Below are positions 24,581-37,866 of a stretch of DNA of 64,000 nt, in pieces. Every line of letters begins with the position of its first letter. Within the stretch, counting starts at the first letter, position 1. The notes below the pieces were generated by a model, which was not told the origin of the DNA, ran no database searches, and saw only the letters and a list, made by a program, of their open reading frames with translations. The stretch spans positions 20,150,001-20,214,000 of the forward strand of contig NC_135259.1 in NCBI RefSeq assembly GCF_964204865.1, given 5' to 3'. Both the position numbers and the translations under genes were made by a program. This DNA comes from Styela clava (taxonomy: Eukaryota).

Positions 24581-26852
24581 CTTTGTCTTTGTTTCCACTT
24601 CTATTTATTTATCTTCTATCTTAGTTGTGATCCAGAAACCAGAAGTTTCAAACACTTTAATATTTTACTATGTGTTATAATTACCAGTCACGGCTTCTGT
24701 GTATAATAAAATAGCAATAAAATGTAATAATAAAAACTTGAAAGCAAAGTAAAGTAAATATTGGTTTGTGGAAGTAAGTGGAGCTGCAAATGTATTGGGA
24801 TAGACAGACATAAAATTTGCATATCGTTTATCCTTTAGGCCAAAGGTTTTCGAACTTTTAGAAGAGCCCTTGCAGGTGTTGACTATTATTTAGGGAGCCC
24901 CACAATTCATTTCCCTCTCAAATTTGACAATTTGACAAACACATTAATAAAGTAGTGTCAAAATGTGGCAACAAGGCAATTAAAATATGGAATTGTCTAT
25001 TAGAATTAATAGATAATACCATGTTTAAATTAACGCTACCGTTGTCAAATTGTATTAATGCAGATATTGCTTATTTAGACGGTTACAAAATATACCAAGT
25101 TAGTATTTTATTAGGTAAACGAATAGCTCGCAGAGACCTTAGGTTTTTCTTTTCTCAGGGCTCCGTACGGAGAACTTTGAGAGCCCATGCTTCGGACTGG
25201 ATCTTAGCTTTTATCTGCTTTCATCCCCTATAAATCAACCTACATATTCTCGCCTCTACTCCCCTTCCCCCCATGCTGGAATTGCCAAAAAATATAAGCA
25301 ATTTTATATGTTAATAGCAGAACTATTTCAATAATTCAATATTTTGTGTATCTGACACAAAAATAACGTTTTTTCCAATTTTTAATTTAATTAATGAAAG
25401 ATCATTACAATTATTTATTAGTACAATGATTCTCATCCTTTTTGTTAAATACCTTCTTTGTCTATTTGGGAATTTTTATCTCTCGGTCACGATGCACAAA
25501 ATTACTCTATTTATTTAATCTTTAAAGGATCCTTATTATTTGCTGGTCGCAATCTGGCTTTTGTGCAGTTTTTGTACAGTCAGGTAGTTTATATTGTGCT
25601 TAGAAATAAGTGTTATAGTCATAATATAAAACTAATCAATACTAGTAATTCGTAGCAAAATTCCTTCCCAACAACAATTAGAAGACTTCCTCACCGGTTA
25701 AAAAAGGAGGCATAAGTATATAAAGCAGTGCTTTTCAAACTTTTCAACCCCACTTTTTAGAATTTGTCAAATGTCGCGCCCCACCTCAAAAATAACTAGC
25801 TAACAATGGGCTATGATAAACACGCATCAAGTTGAACTTTTAATTACATGGTCAACGCCAAGAATAATAAATATGCAAGCACAACAGCTCTCTGCAATCT
25901 CTAAACAATAAAGAACTATAAATTTCCAAAATGAGCCGGTCACGATTAAATTAAACAAATATTTTTATTTTTAATTAGCTTCACGTCCCCTCAAAAAATT
26001 GCCTACACTCCCTTTGTGGGGCGCTCCGCACCGTTTAGTAGCAGCGTATTTTAAACCAAACATTACGAATTATTGAAATAGAATTAGTATTGAATTGGAA
26101 ATACTAAGTGAATTACAATTGTAAATAAGTATAAATATGAGAAATATTCTTGCATTTTACTACAGACTGATACACAAGCGTAAAAAAACACAGAAGAAGC
26201 GACTAATATCTACAGCGTCCCAAAATATTGCTGTGAAACGAAAGACCTTGCTGTCTCAAACTTATCTTACTTGCTATCGATATGACCAAAACAGCCGAGA
26301 GTCTCTGCTTTTGTAGTCAAGGACGCCGGATATTTCCAAAACAAGATTTATTGGATTGTATTAACATTAATGCAATAATGTTTAAGTGTACTCTTTCCAC
26401 ATTAAATTTTATAGCGTATTATGCATTTAAATATCTTAGAAGATATCTCACTGAGTAATTAAATCAGTAAAACGCTCATAAAGACACCATTAGGTGCATT
26501 CAGCAGTTTTAAAGGATAAACAAAACTTAATTAAAATTCTTTTCTAAGCAACGTACACTTCTACTATAAAGTATAGAAAGCTGTGTTCGGTTTTACAATG
26601 ACGGCGAAGTGTTTTATTGCCGCTGTAAGAAGTGGAATCGGTAATCCCGAAGTATGTGTATCAGGTTATGGTTGGGCCATAATTTTATTCCGATTTTCTT
26701 CATTTTAGTTCCATTACGAGTTCGGGGACTGTCTGTGTTAGCCAAGTGAATATACCCCCTACCCATAGGTTTCAGTCCCTTTATATAACTTGATGTAAAG
26801 TAGGCAAACAAAAATAATTACCACCATATTGGTAAAACACTTCTGGAGCGCC

Positions 26853-27450
26853 GTGGAATTTATTTGGAAGCGGTACGGTTTAATTTGACAACGAAAAATG
26901 ATCTTTAGTAAAAATTTGTAAGATATTTTTTATGTTACGTTTTCACACCTTCATCAGATGTTTCATTCGCATTTTATTGCCGATATAAGAAGTGGAATTT
27001 ATTTATGAATGCCACGTGTTTAATTTAATATCTAAAAATGATATTTAGTGAAAGCTTGTAAGATAATCTTTTATGTAACGTTTTCCCACTTTCACTAGAT
27101 GTTTCATTAGTATTTTATTGTCGCTCTTAGAAGTGTAATTTATTTATAAACGCCACGTGTTTAATTTAATATCTAAAATGCTATTTATTGAAAATTTGTA
27201 AGATATTTTCTATGTTACGTTTTCACTCCTCCATTAGTTGTTTCATTTGTATTTTATTGCCGATATACGAAGTTGAAATTATTTATAACCGCCACGTGTT
27301 TAACTTAATATCTAAAAATGCAATTTAGTGAAAGTTTGTAAGATAATCTTTTATGTAACGTTTTCCCACCTTCACTGAATGTTTCATTTAGATTTTATTG
27401 CTGCTTTTAGAAGTGGAATTTATTTAGGAACTTCACGTGTTTAATTTAAA
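26853..27450. repeat. About 140-bp tandem repeat x about 4
   Basis: cacgtgtttaa recurs at about 27013, 27153, 27292 and 27433. Confidence 0.9.
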
Positions 27451-29394
27451 ATTAAAAAATTTATCGTTAGAATTAGGGTTTGCATAAGTAAATCAGTGTT
27501 TCCCAACGTAGTCCATGGATCCAAGAAATTTTTGGAATGTTACTGAAATTTTAATTTAATCTAGTTTGGTATTTAACACTTTTACTGTATTGACCATTTG
27601 ATAATAAGAAACTTTATTAGAAAACTCAAAAGATTTTTTTCAACGCTGAAGGTGTGTCGCACCAGAATGAAAGTTGACAACAACTGAACTAATTGTCTTC
27701 AAACTTCATTAGAGATATGTGTAAATCGACAACTTTTTGTCGCTCGCTCAAAAATGAGAGTTGCAATTCGTTGGAGGCGGCACATATTTTTAAAAAGTTG
27801 ACAACCGAATGAATGATACATTTTATAATAAAAATCAAGCAGTGATACATCTCTCGAACAGAATATAGACTTATTTCCTCATTGCTTCTCAAAAAAATCA
27901 TTTGAATTACTTTCGGCGCCATTGAACCATTTGCACTTAGCATCCACTTTTCTGCGTTTTGTTGTCATTTGTCTACAAATAATTCTGTTACGTAAAGAAT
28001 ATAATCGATAAACAGCATTGTTGTTACTATAATTTAGTGAAGCGTCGCGGGCGGAATAAATTACACTGCGGGCCGAATCCGATTGATTGTTACCGGTTGT
28101 GGTCATGGAACTTGAATCTAAGATTTTTAATCCGAGATGACAACAAGTAGCAGAGTTCTTATTTTATAGAAAGTTCTACAACAAGCTATCTATGAAAACA
28201 CAGTAATGTATAATTAAGTATCTTTAACGTCTATAGAGGTATGTGCAAATGAATAGCAATAAGATAATAAATAAAACTTAAAATAACCTGTGTGACTTTA
28301 CAATGTCGATCAAATTAATTTATAATCGTTTTAGCAGTAGGTGGGGAATGTGAAGCGCGGAAATGGATTTTATTGCTTATTAGTTCAAGATTTTTTTTAT
28401 TGTGAGACAATTTTATACGACGTTTTATAAGCACTCCGTACAAGCTTTTGTATAAGCAGACACCGCTAAATAAAAAGTTCATTTTGGAACGAGCGGAACT
28501 TTACTGTTCAACATTGCCCACCCAATTCATCACACTCTTGGTGAGGTTGTGGGATTTGAGTTTGAGATTTTTTATCCGAGATGACAACACGTTGCGGAGT
28601 CCTAATTTAAATCACCTAATTTGGTAGTCCCGAAGTATGTAAACCAAGATGGCGGACACGGAACGTAGTGTGTGTACTAGCTACCAGGTTAGAACAAGGC
28701 CATAACTTTTATTCTAATTTTCCTTATTTTATTTCTATTAGGAGTCCAAGTGACTACTGTAGTATATGTGCCTGAAATTATGGCCCAAAATTAACCTGGT
28801 ACACATACTACGTTCCGGTTTCCGCCATCTTGGTTCTCATACTTTGGGAGCATCCTTTTTTTTATAGAAAGACAAAAATCTATCTATGAAGATACGTTAA
28901 TGTGTAAAGTTTATTTAAACGTCTGTCGAGATATGTGTTAATGCATAGCGCCATGATAATGAATCTATTTTCTTGTACTTAGAACACCTTGCGTGATTTT
29001 ACAATGTCGTTTAGGTTTATTTATGATTTTATAGTAGTAGGTGAGATATATGAAGCGTGGAAATTGATTTTATTGCGGTTACGATTAAGTCAGGGTAATT
29101 CGAAATATTCGTCTGAATCGATTCAAATAATTCACCATTCGATTCGATACGGAATACCCAGCCCTAGTCACAATGAATTCGTGCCTCCACCATCAAGAAC
29201 ACGTATTTGAAACGCGGTTAATTTCCCCCATATCTAGACCATGGGTCGCTAACTGGATGAAAGTCAGAGGTAGGAGCATCCTATCAGTTTTCTTCTCCGC
29301 CTGGAAGTAATAGAAAAATATTAACCTATTTAAAATGATTTTATTAGTAGCGTATGAATGAATTTATTTATTCGGCATTGTTTTATAATATGAT

Positions 29395-32300
29395 ACTCCC
29401 GTAGTGTGTGTACAAGATTAGGGTTAGGCTATAATTTTATTCCGATTACGAGTTGGGGACTATTTGTGTTAGCCAAGTGAATATAACCCCGCCCATAGGT
29501 TTCAGTTCCTTTACACAACTTGATGTAAATTAGGCGAACAAAATTAGTTACCTCCATATTGGTACACATACTTCTACAGTGCCTATATTATTTAAACTTC
29601 AGCTGACGCCAGAGTGCTTGAGTCATAAGTATTTTTAACTTTGAAATTTTATTAATTCCAGTTCAAACGATGTTCGTTTGGGATTAACTTTTTCGTTTCG
29701 CGTTTTCGAGGCTCTGAGTCATACAAGTGACAGAAAAAAATAAACTATTACATTTGTATATATATATATATTTTATAGCAAAGCTCTGCACGTCTCTAGG
29801 CAAGCCTTTTTTTTTTTTAGAAAACCTGATTATCGGGTTCGGCAGTAAAGGTGCACGACCCAATCCTGGAGAGTTGTGCTAGGACCACCAGGCTCGAATT
29901 TCTCTTTAATTTTTTTTAGGAAATAAATATTTTTTTATTTTTTTATTTTTTTATTTAAAAGGAGAAATAAAAAGCAATTCGCAAAATAGCACTTCGTACT
30001 GAACAATGGAAAATATGTCACTCAAATGTTGTGAAAAAAACAAACACTTCACACAATTCAATGAACATATATATATGCTCATTGCACTATTCTACTGCAG
30101 TAAAACTGCACACACTTTACCAATTCACTACAGCCATTTTTTTTCGTCATGGCGTGAACCTGCTTGTCAACAACTCAGTTGTGCTGTCAGTTTTGTTTTG
30201 ATATATTTTTTTACAGTTTGAATTCTTATTACAGAAATCCTGAACGTTTTTTAATTTCATTAATCAAATTAAATTATTTTTAAATTAAACAATAAAACCA
30301 GTGGTTACTAAACGGTGGGGCGCACCCCAAATTGGGGCGTGTGCAATTTTGGGGGGCGTGTAGCTGATTGAAAATATGAGTATTTGTTAGATTTCATGTT
30401 GACCGCCTTATTTTGATTATATACATTTATTTCATTATTTACGTTTCATCCACGTATTTTTAACGTGTTTTCTTATATAAAACATACTCTCGCCTTACTA
30501 TCTGTTATTTGTAGCTTATTGTTACCTAGTTATTCCTGAGGTGGGGCGCGAGACTTGACAAGATTTAAAAAGGGGACGCGGCTTAAAAAGTTTGAGAGAA
30601 ATCAATTTAAACTATTTATGCCTACTTTACATCAAGTTGTTTAAAGGGACTGAAACCTATGAGCAGGGGGTATATTCACTTGGCTAACACGGACAGTTTC
30701 GTAACAGACTCGTAATAGAACCAAAATAAGGAAAATCAGAATAAAATTATGGCCTAACCCTAACCTGGTACACATACCAAAGGATTATTGCACAGGATTT
30801 TCCCGGGCCTCTGGAAAGTTTAATTAAGGTTTCACCCCGCCAAACCACTGTATTAGACAATCGGGCTTATCTATCGGATTATTCGTCATTTTCATTAACA
30901 ACATGTCAAAAGTTCAAACGCCGGATTCAATTGATTTGTAAACATCTCTTTATTTATTAAATTGATTTTGATTGGCGGTTCTGAATTGTATTTATGATTA
31001 AGTCGTGTGTTAATCCCTTAATTAACGAATTAATTTGCATATTATGACTAAAGCGATTTCTGTTATTATCGCCGATACAAAGTGCGTCATTGCTAACGTA
31101 AGTGTCAATCATGCTTTACGTCGTTTGCGTCAGTTTTGGTCATGTCACGTAATTATTACGCACAGTGGGAATTTATTGTTTTCACGCTCGTTTTTTTATC
31201 AAATTGTTTTATTTGAGACATGTTACGGACGTAGCACATTTACGTTTTACGTCGACTACGTCAGTTTACGCATGCCACGTAAATATCACCACAAGTGGAG
31301 ACTTATTGTTTTTCACGCTATATTTATTTATCAAATGGCTCAGCGGTGTGGCGCATTGTGCTAAGCCTAAACCTAAATTTAGCAATTTTCATTGAATTGT
31401 TTTTTTTTTCAATGGGAATCCCATGGGATGGGATGAGACAGGCATAATTGCTATGGGAAGGGAATGGGACAGAAAAATATGTCACATGGACAAGCCTGCA
31501 GTTCAATATGTTTGCAAAATCGTTTATTTCCTTAGATCCTTAACCAAATGAATTCTTAAATTGTAATTTCAGCTCAGATAGATTCATCACTCAAGGTTAA
31601 ATTTAATTATACAAATTTGCGATTCTCAAAAATGTTTTGTAATTTCCGAGAAAATTGGCAGGTTGCAGCGTCGGCAAAAATTACTTCGAACAGTTGTTAG
31701 AATTTTGAAGTAAATATAAAATAAAGTTCCAAAGATGTGTTTGCCTATAAGATCATTTAATCACTAAAAACTTGCTAAAAAAAGGAATTACTTTTTGTCA
31801 CTGACAATGTAAGACAGTTCAATATGTTTATAACAACGTTTATTGTCTTTCCACCTTCAACAATCGAATCCTTAAATATTCAATTTCGGCTCAATTCGAT
31901 TCAACACTTAAAGTTAAATTTAATTAAACAAAATTGCGATTTTCAAAAATGTTTTGTAATTTCCGAGAAAATTGTAACGTTATAAGCAGGTATTATCACA
32001 AATGTAACTTTAGTAATTATAGATTAGGATGCATCGTCGACAACGATTATTACGGACAGTTACGGACATCAACTTTCAAAAATGTTTTTGCCTACAAGAT
32101 CATTTGAAACAGATTACCCATAACAACTTACTAAAACCTTCCTAAAACTCTCTAAAAATAGGACGAACTTTTGTCACGTACAGTGTAAGAAACTCCCGTA
32201 GTGTGTGTACAAGATTAGGGTTAGGCTATAATTTTATTCCGATTACGAGTTGGGGACTATTTGTGTTAGCCAAGTGAATATAACCCCGCCCATAGGTTTC

Positions 32301-34989
32301 AGTTCCTTTACACAACTTGATGTAAATTAGGCGAACAAAATTAGTTACCTCCATATTGGTACACATACTTCTACAGTGCCTATATTATTTAAACTTCAGC
32401 TGACGCCAGAGTGCTTGAGTCATAAGTATTTTTAACTTTGAAATTTTATTAATTCCAGTTCAAACGATGTTCGTTTGGGATTAACTTTTTCGTTTCGCGT
32501 TTTCGAGGCTCTGAGTCATACAAGTGACAGAAAAAAATAAACTATTACATTTGTATATATATATATATTTTATAGCAAAGCTCTGCACGTCTCTAGGCAA
32601 GCCTTTTTTTTTTTTAGAAAACCTGATTATCGGGTTCGGCAGTAAAGGTGCACGACCCAATCCTGGAGAGTTGTGCTAGGACCACCAGGCTCGAATTTCT
32701 CTTTAATTTTTTTTAGGAAATAAATATTTTTTTATTTTTTTATTTTTTTATTTAAAAGGAGAAATAAAAAGCAATTCGCAAAATAGCACTTCGTACTGAA
32801 CAATGGAAAATATGTCACTCAAATGTTGTGAAAAAAACAAACACTTCACACAATTCAATGAACATATATATATGCTCATTGCACTATTCTACTGCAGTAA
32901 AACTGCACACACTTTACCAATTCACTACAGCCATTTTTTTTCGTCATGGCGTGAACCTGCTTGTCAACAACTCAGTTGTGCTGTCAGTTTTGTTTTGATA
33001 TATTTTTTTACAGTTTGAATTCTTATTACAGAAATCCTGAACGTTTTTTAATTTCATTAATCAAATTAAATTATTTTTAAATTAAACAATAAAACCAGTG
33101 GTTACTAAACGGTGGGGCGCACCCCAAATTGGGGCGTGTGCAATTTTGGGGGGCGTGTAGCTGATTGAAAATATGAGTATTTGTTAGATTTCATGTTGAC
33201 CGCCTTATTTTGATTATATACATTTATTTCATTATTTACGTTTCATCCACGTATTTTTAACGTGTTTTCTTATATAAAACATACTCTCGCCTTACTATCT
33301 GTTATTTGTAGCTTATTGTTACCTAGTTATTCCTGAGGTGGGGCGCGAGACTTGACAAGATTTAAAAAGGGGACGCGGCTTAAAAAGTTTGAGAGAAATC
33401 AATTTAAACTATTTATGCCTACTTTACATCAAGTTGTTTAAAGGGACTGAAACCTATGAGCAGGGGGTATATTCACTTGGCTAACACGGACAGTTTCGTA
33501 ACAGACTCGTAATAGAACCAAAATAAGGAAAATCAGAATAAAATTATGGCCTAACCCTAACCTGGTACACATACCAAAGGATTATTGCACAGGATTTTCC
33601 CGGGCCTCTGGAAAGTTTAATTAAGGTTTCACCCCGCCAAACCACTGTATTAGACAATCGGGCTTATCTATCGGATTATTCGTCATTTTCATTAACAACA
33701 TGTCAAAAGTTCAAACGCCGGATTCAATTGATTTGTAAACATCTCTTTATTTATTAAATTGATTTTGATTGGCGGTTCTGAATTGTATTTATGATTAAGT
33801 CGTGTGTTAATCCCTTAATTAACGAATTAATTTGCATATTATGACTAAAGCGATTTCTGTTATTATCGCCGATACAAAGTGCGTCATTGCTAACGTAAGT
33901 GTCAATCATGCTTTACGTCGTTTGCGTCAGTTTTGGTCATGTCACGTAATTATTACGCACAGTGGGAATTTATTGTTTTCACGCTCGTTTTTTTATCAAA
34001 TTGTTTTATTTGAGACATGTTACGGACGTAGCACATTTACGTTTTACGTCGACTACGTCAGTTTACGCATGCCACGTAAATATCACCACAAGTGGAGACT
34101 TATTGTTTTTCACGCTATATTTATTTATCAAATGGCTCAGCGGTGTGGCGCATTGTGCTAAGCCTAAACCTAAATTTAGCAATTTTCATTGAATTGTTTT
34201 TTTTTTCAATGGGAATCCCATGGGATGGGATGAGACAGGCATAATTGCTATGGGAAGGGAATGGGACAGAAAAATATGTCACATGGACAAGCCTGCAGTT
34301 CAATATGTTTGCAAAATCGTTTATTTCCTTAGATCCTTAACCAAATGAATTCTTAAATTGTAATTTCAGCTCAGATAGATTCATCACTCAAGGTTAAATT
34401 TAATTATACAAATTTGCGATTCTCAAAAATGTTTTGTAATTTCCGAGAAAATTGGCAGGTTGCAGCGTCGGCAAAAATTACTTCGAACAGTTGTTAGAAT
34501 TTTGAAGTAAATATAAAATAAAGTTCCAAAGATGTGTTTGCCTATAAGATCATTTAATCACTAAAAACTTGCTAAAAAAAGGAATTACTTTTTGTCACTG
34601 ACAATGTAAGACAGTTCAATATGTTTATAACAACGTTTATTGTCTTTCCACCTTCAACAATCGAATCCTTAAATATTCAATTTCGGCTCAATTCGATTCA
34701 ACACTTAAAGTTAAATTTAATTAAACAAAATTGCGATTTTCAAAAATGTTTTGTAATTTCCGAGAAAATTGTAACGTTATAAGCAGGTATTATCACAAAT
34801 GTAACTTTAGTAATTATAGATTAGGATGCATCGTCGACAACGATTATTACGGACAGTTACGGACATCAACTTTCAAAAATGTTTTTGCCTACAAGATCAT
34901 TTGAAACAGATTACCCATAACAACTTACTAAAACCTTCCTAAAACTCTCTAAAAATAGGACGAACTTTTGTCACGTACAGTGTAAGAAA
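29395..34989 (+). repeat. Apparently perfect 2797-bp direct tandem duplication
   Basis: 29395-32192 matches 32192-34989. Identical ORF-track entries are offset by 2797 and the homopolymer lengths I checked are the same. Confidence 0.95.
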
Positions 34990-35720
34990 GTTCAAGATGG
35001 TTGCAAAACGTTTATTGTCTCACATCCTTTAACAATTTGAATTCATGAATTTTCAATTTCGGCTCTATTCGATTCACAACTTGAGGTTACATTTTATTAT
35101 ACAAAATTGCAATTCTCAAAAATGTTTTGTAATTTTCGAGAAAATTGTAACGTTATAAGCAGGTATTATCACAAATGTAACTTTAGTAATTATAGATTAG
35201 GATGCATCGTCGACAACGATTATTACGGACAGTTACGGACATCAACTTTCAAAAATGTTTTTGTCCTATAAGATCATTTAAAACAGATTACCCATAACAA
35301 CTTAATAAAACCTTCCTAAAACTCGATAAAAATAGGATGACTTTTTGTCACATACAGTGTCAGGCAGTTCAAGATGATTGCAAAAACGTTTATTGTCTTA
35401 CATCCTTTAACAATTTAATCCTTCAATTTTAAAAATTCGGCCTAATTCGAATCTCAACTAAAGCTTACATTTAATTATACAAAATTACAATTTTCAAAAA
35501 TGTTTTGTAATTTTCAAGAAAATTGTTACTTTATAAGCAAGTATTATCACGAATATAACATCAGTAATTATAGATCTCAACGCAGCTTCGGCAACAATTA
35601 CTACGGCCATTTTTTTTTAAACTTTGAAGTAAATTTCAAATCAAGTTTCAAAGATGTGTTTCCTAATAACTACGGGGTCTAAAAGGTCGGGTTACCCCTT
35701 ACAACTTACTAAAACACATC
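34296..35720. repeat. About 320-375-bp tandem repeat x4 (two further units at 31499-32191 inside the duplication)
   Basis: Units start with agttcaa(t/g)at at about 34296, 34612, 34988 and 35364. Confidence 0.85.
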
Positions 35721-37587
35721 GAAATTCACTAGAAAATCCACTAAAACCATTAAAACCACTAAAACCACTAAAATTCACTAAAACTTACAAACATAGATGG
35801 TAACACTAAAATCTAGATCATGCTCAAAAAACAAATATAGTCATTTCCAAAGACTAACGAAACCTTTTTATTCGACGTTTTAACTACTCACTCAAAACAC
35901 TTTAGGTTGAAGAAACATTTATTCAACGATTTGACAATCTTTCCATTCCGAAAAGACTCGTTACAAGCGGCTCTGATACTCAAAAAGGCACTGTCTAAGC
36001 CAAAATCTACTGGTATAGTAATGAATGAATAATGAAGGAATAAAGAAATCTAAAATACCAATGGGGGCTGAAATATCAAAGAGTGGGAACAACGGCATAT
36101 TGGCATTGATCCAAACTGGAATATAGCCTTTTCGTTCTCACTTGTTACTCTTGTGAAGTATGATTAATTAATAATCGTATCAAATGTTACCACAATTGGT
36201 AGCTTATATTGTTCATATATGAAGTGAATTTTTGTAGTCGCAGTCGGTTACAAATCTCGGGTTCAAATCCTATTTTATTTGGAAGCCTTTCTCTTTGTAA
36301 GGCTATAGTTCTTCTTATTTCATCCTGTCTTGAACGAAGCACATCCTGTGCCCGAATACACCACTGTTACACAAAAAGCGAAGGCCTGTAAATGTAACTA
36401 TAACCCAAGACTTGCAACCCAGGCTTTAAAACAGGGGTCGGCAATCTTTTGTCGTTCGCGGGCCAAAATCAAGGGTTGAAAGTCATTGGCGGGCCGCACA
36501 TACTTTTAAAAAGTTGACAACCGATCGGATAATACGTTTTATAAGAAAAATAAAGCAGTGATACATTTCTCGAATGTAATATAATCTTGAATAAATCTAT
36601 ATGAGATGTATCACTGCTCGATTTTTATTATAAAAAGTATCATTTGTTCGGTTTTCAACTTTCTAAAAATATGTGCGTCCCGCCAATGACTGGCAACCCT
36701 TAATTTTGGCCCGCGAGCGACAAAAGGTTGCCGACTTGCCCTATGCGACGATTTAAAAAGACTGAAAAATCGTACAATTCAATATATATATATATGAGCA
36801 AGTTTGAAACCGGCAAAAACAAAATGAGTTTTCGAGTTTAATAATAGTGGCAAAGCAATAGGTATTTGATTATATTTATACATTATATGGCACTCCGGAA
36901 GTATGTGCACCAAGATGGCGCACAACCTGAACCCTAACCGGGGTACACATACTATGCTCAGGTGGCGCGCCTTTTTGGTGCACATACTTTGGGAGCACCC
37001 AATATATATATATAATTATATTGACTCTCGGATTGAAAGAAAACTTGCGGAGTCTCTCGACTGTACTGGTGGTATCCTACGTCATTTTGATTACTTTTAT
37101 CCATGGCACAGAAATTGCAAATATGGCACAAAACTCGTTTAATGGCCTCTTCGACTTTATTAATCTGTGGTTTTTAAACGGGTTTCCGCGGAATCCTAGG
37201 ATTCTGTGATCATAGTCTAAGACTAGGTGTTCCGCGAGTTTGCATTCAAATCCAAGAGTTTATAAAAATACAATAACCTCGCTTCCGTGAGATATCGCGT
37301 GTATCTAACAGACAGACAGACAAACAGACAAATACCTATCAACATACTTACCGATCAAGATCGATAAGTAATATTCAAATACCTATTTGATTCAAAAGTT
37401 TGCTATTACTTAAAAATTTTCTTTCTTTTCGAATATTATTTTGGGCGATCCTAGAGTACGTGTATCAATATGGAGGTAACTAATTTTGTTCGCATATTTT
37501 ACATCAAGTCGTGTGAAAGGACGGAATCTTATGGACAGGGGGTATATTCATTTGGCTAACACAGACATTCCTCGAATTCGTAATAAA

Positions 37588-37866
37588 ACTAGAATATCGG
37601 TCAAAGACCGAAGACTTATCGATCGAAAGTTAGGGGATCCCCCATAACAGCGCTCTTACTCCATAGTGACACCCTGTGTCCCATCACTAATTAATTAATA
37701 ACTCGCTAATTATACGACATAATTCGCCCAAAATCAATAGGCTTCTGGTCCGAAATAAGATGAATGCAAATGCAAAATCTGGAGCAGATTCAATCTCGCT
37801 TTTGTGAGATATCGCGTGCATCTAACAGACAAATAGACATACTTACCGATTAAAATCGATAAGTAA
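37588..37866 (+). mobile_element. HINE/Helentron-like (DINE-1-type) non-autonomous element nested in a subtype A MITE
   Basis: 5' hairpin tcggtc-aaa-gaccga, subterminal IR acttatcgat/atcgataagt, 3' hairpin, no TSD. A second 3' fragment at 37285-37372 carries (GACA)n. Confidence 0.65.
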
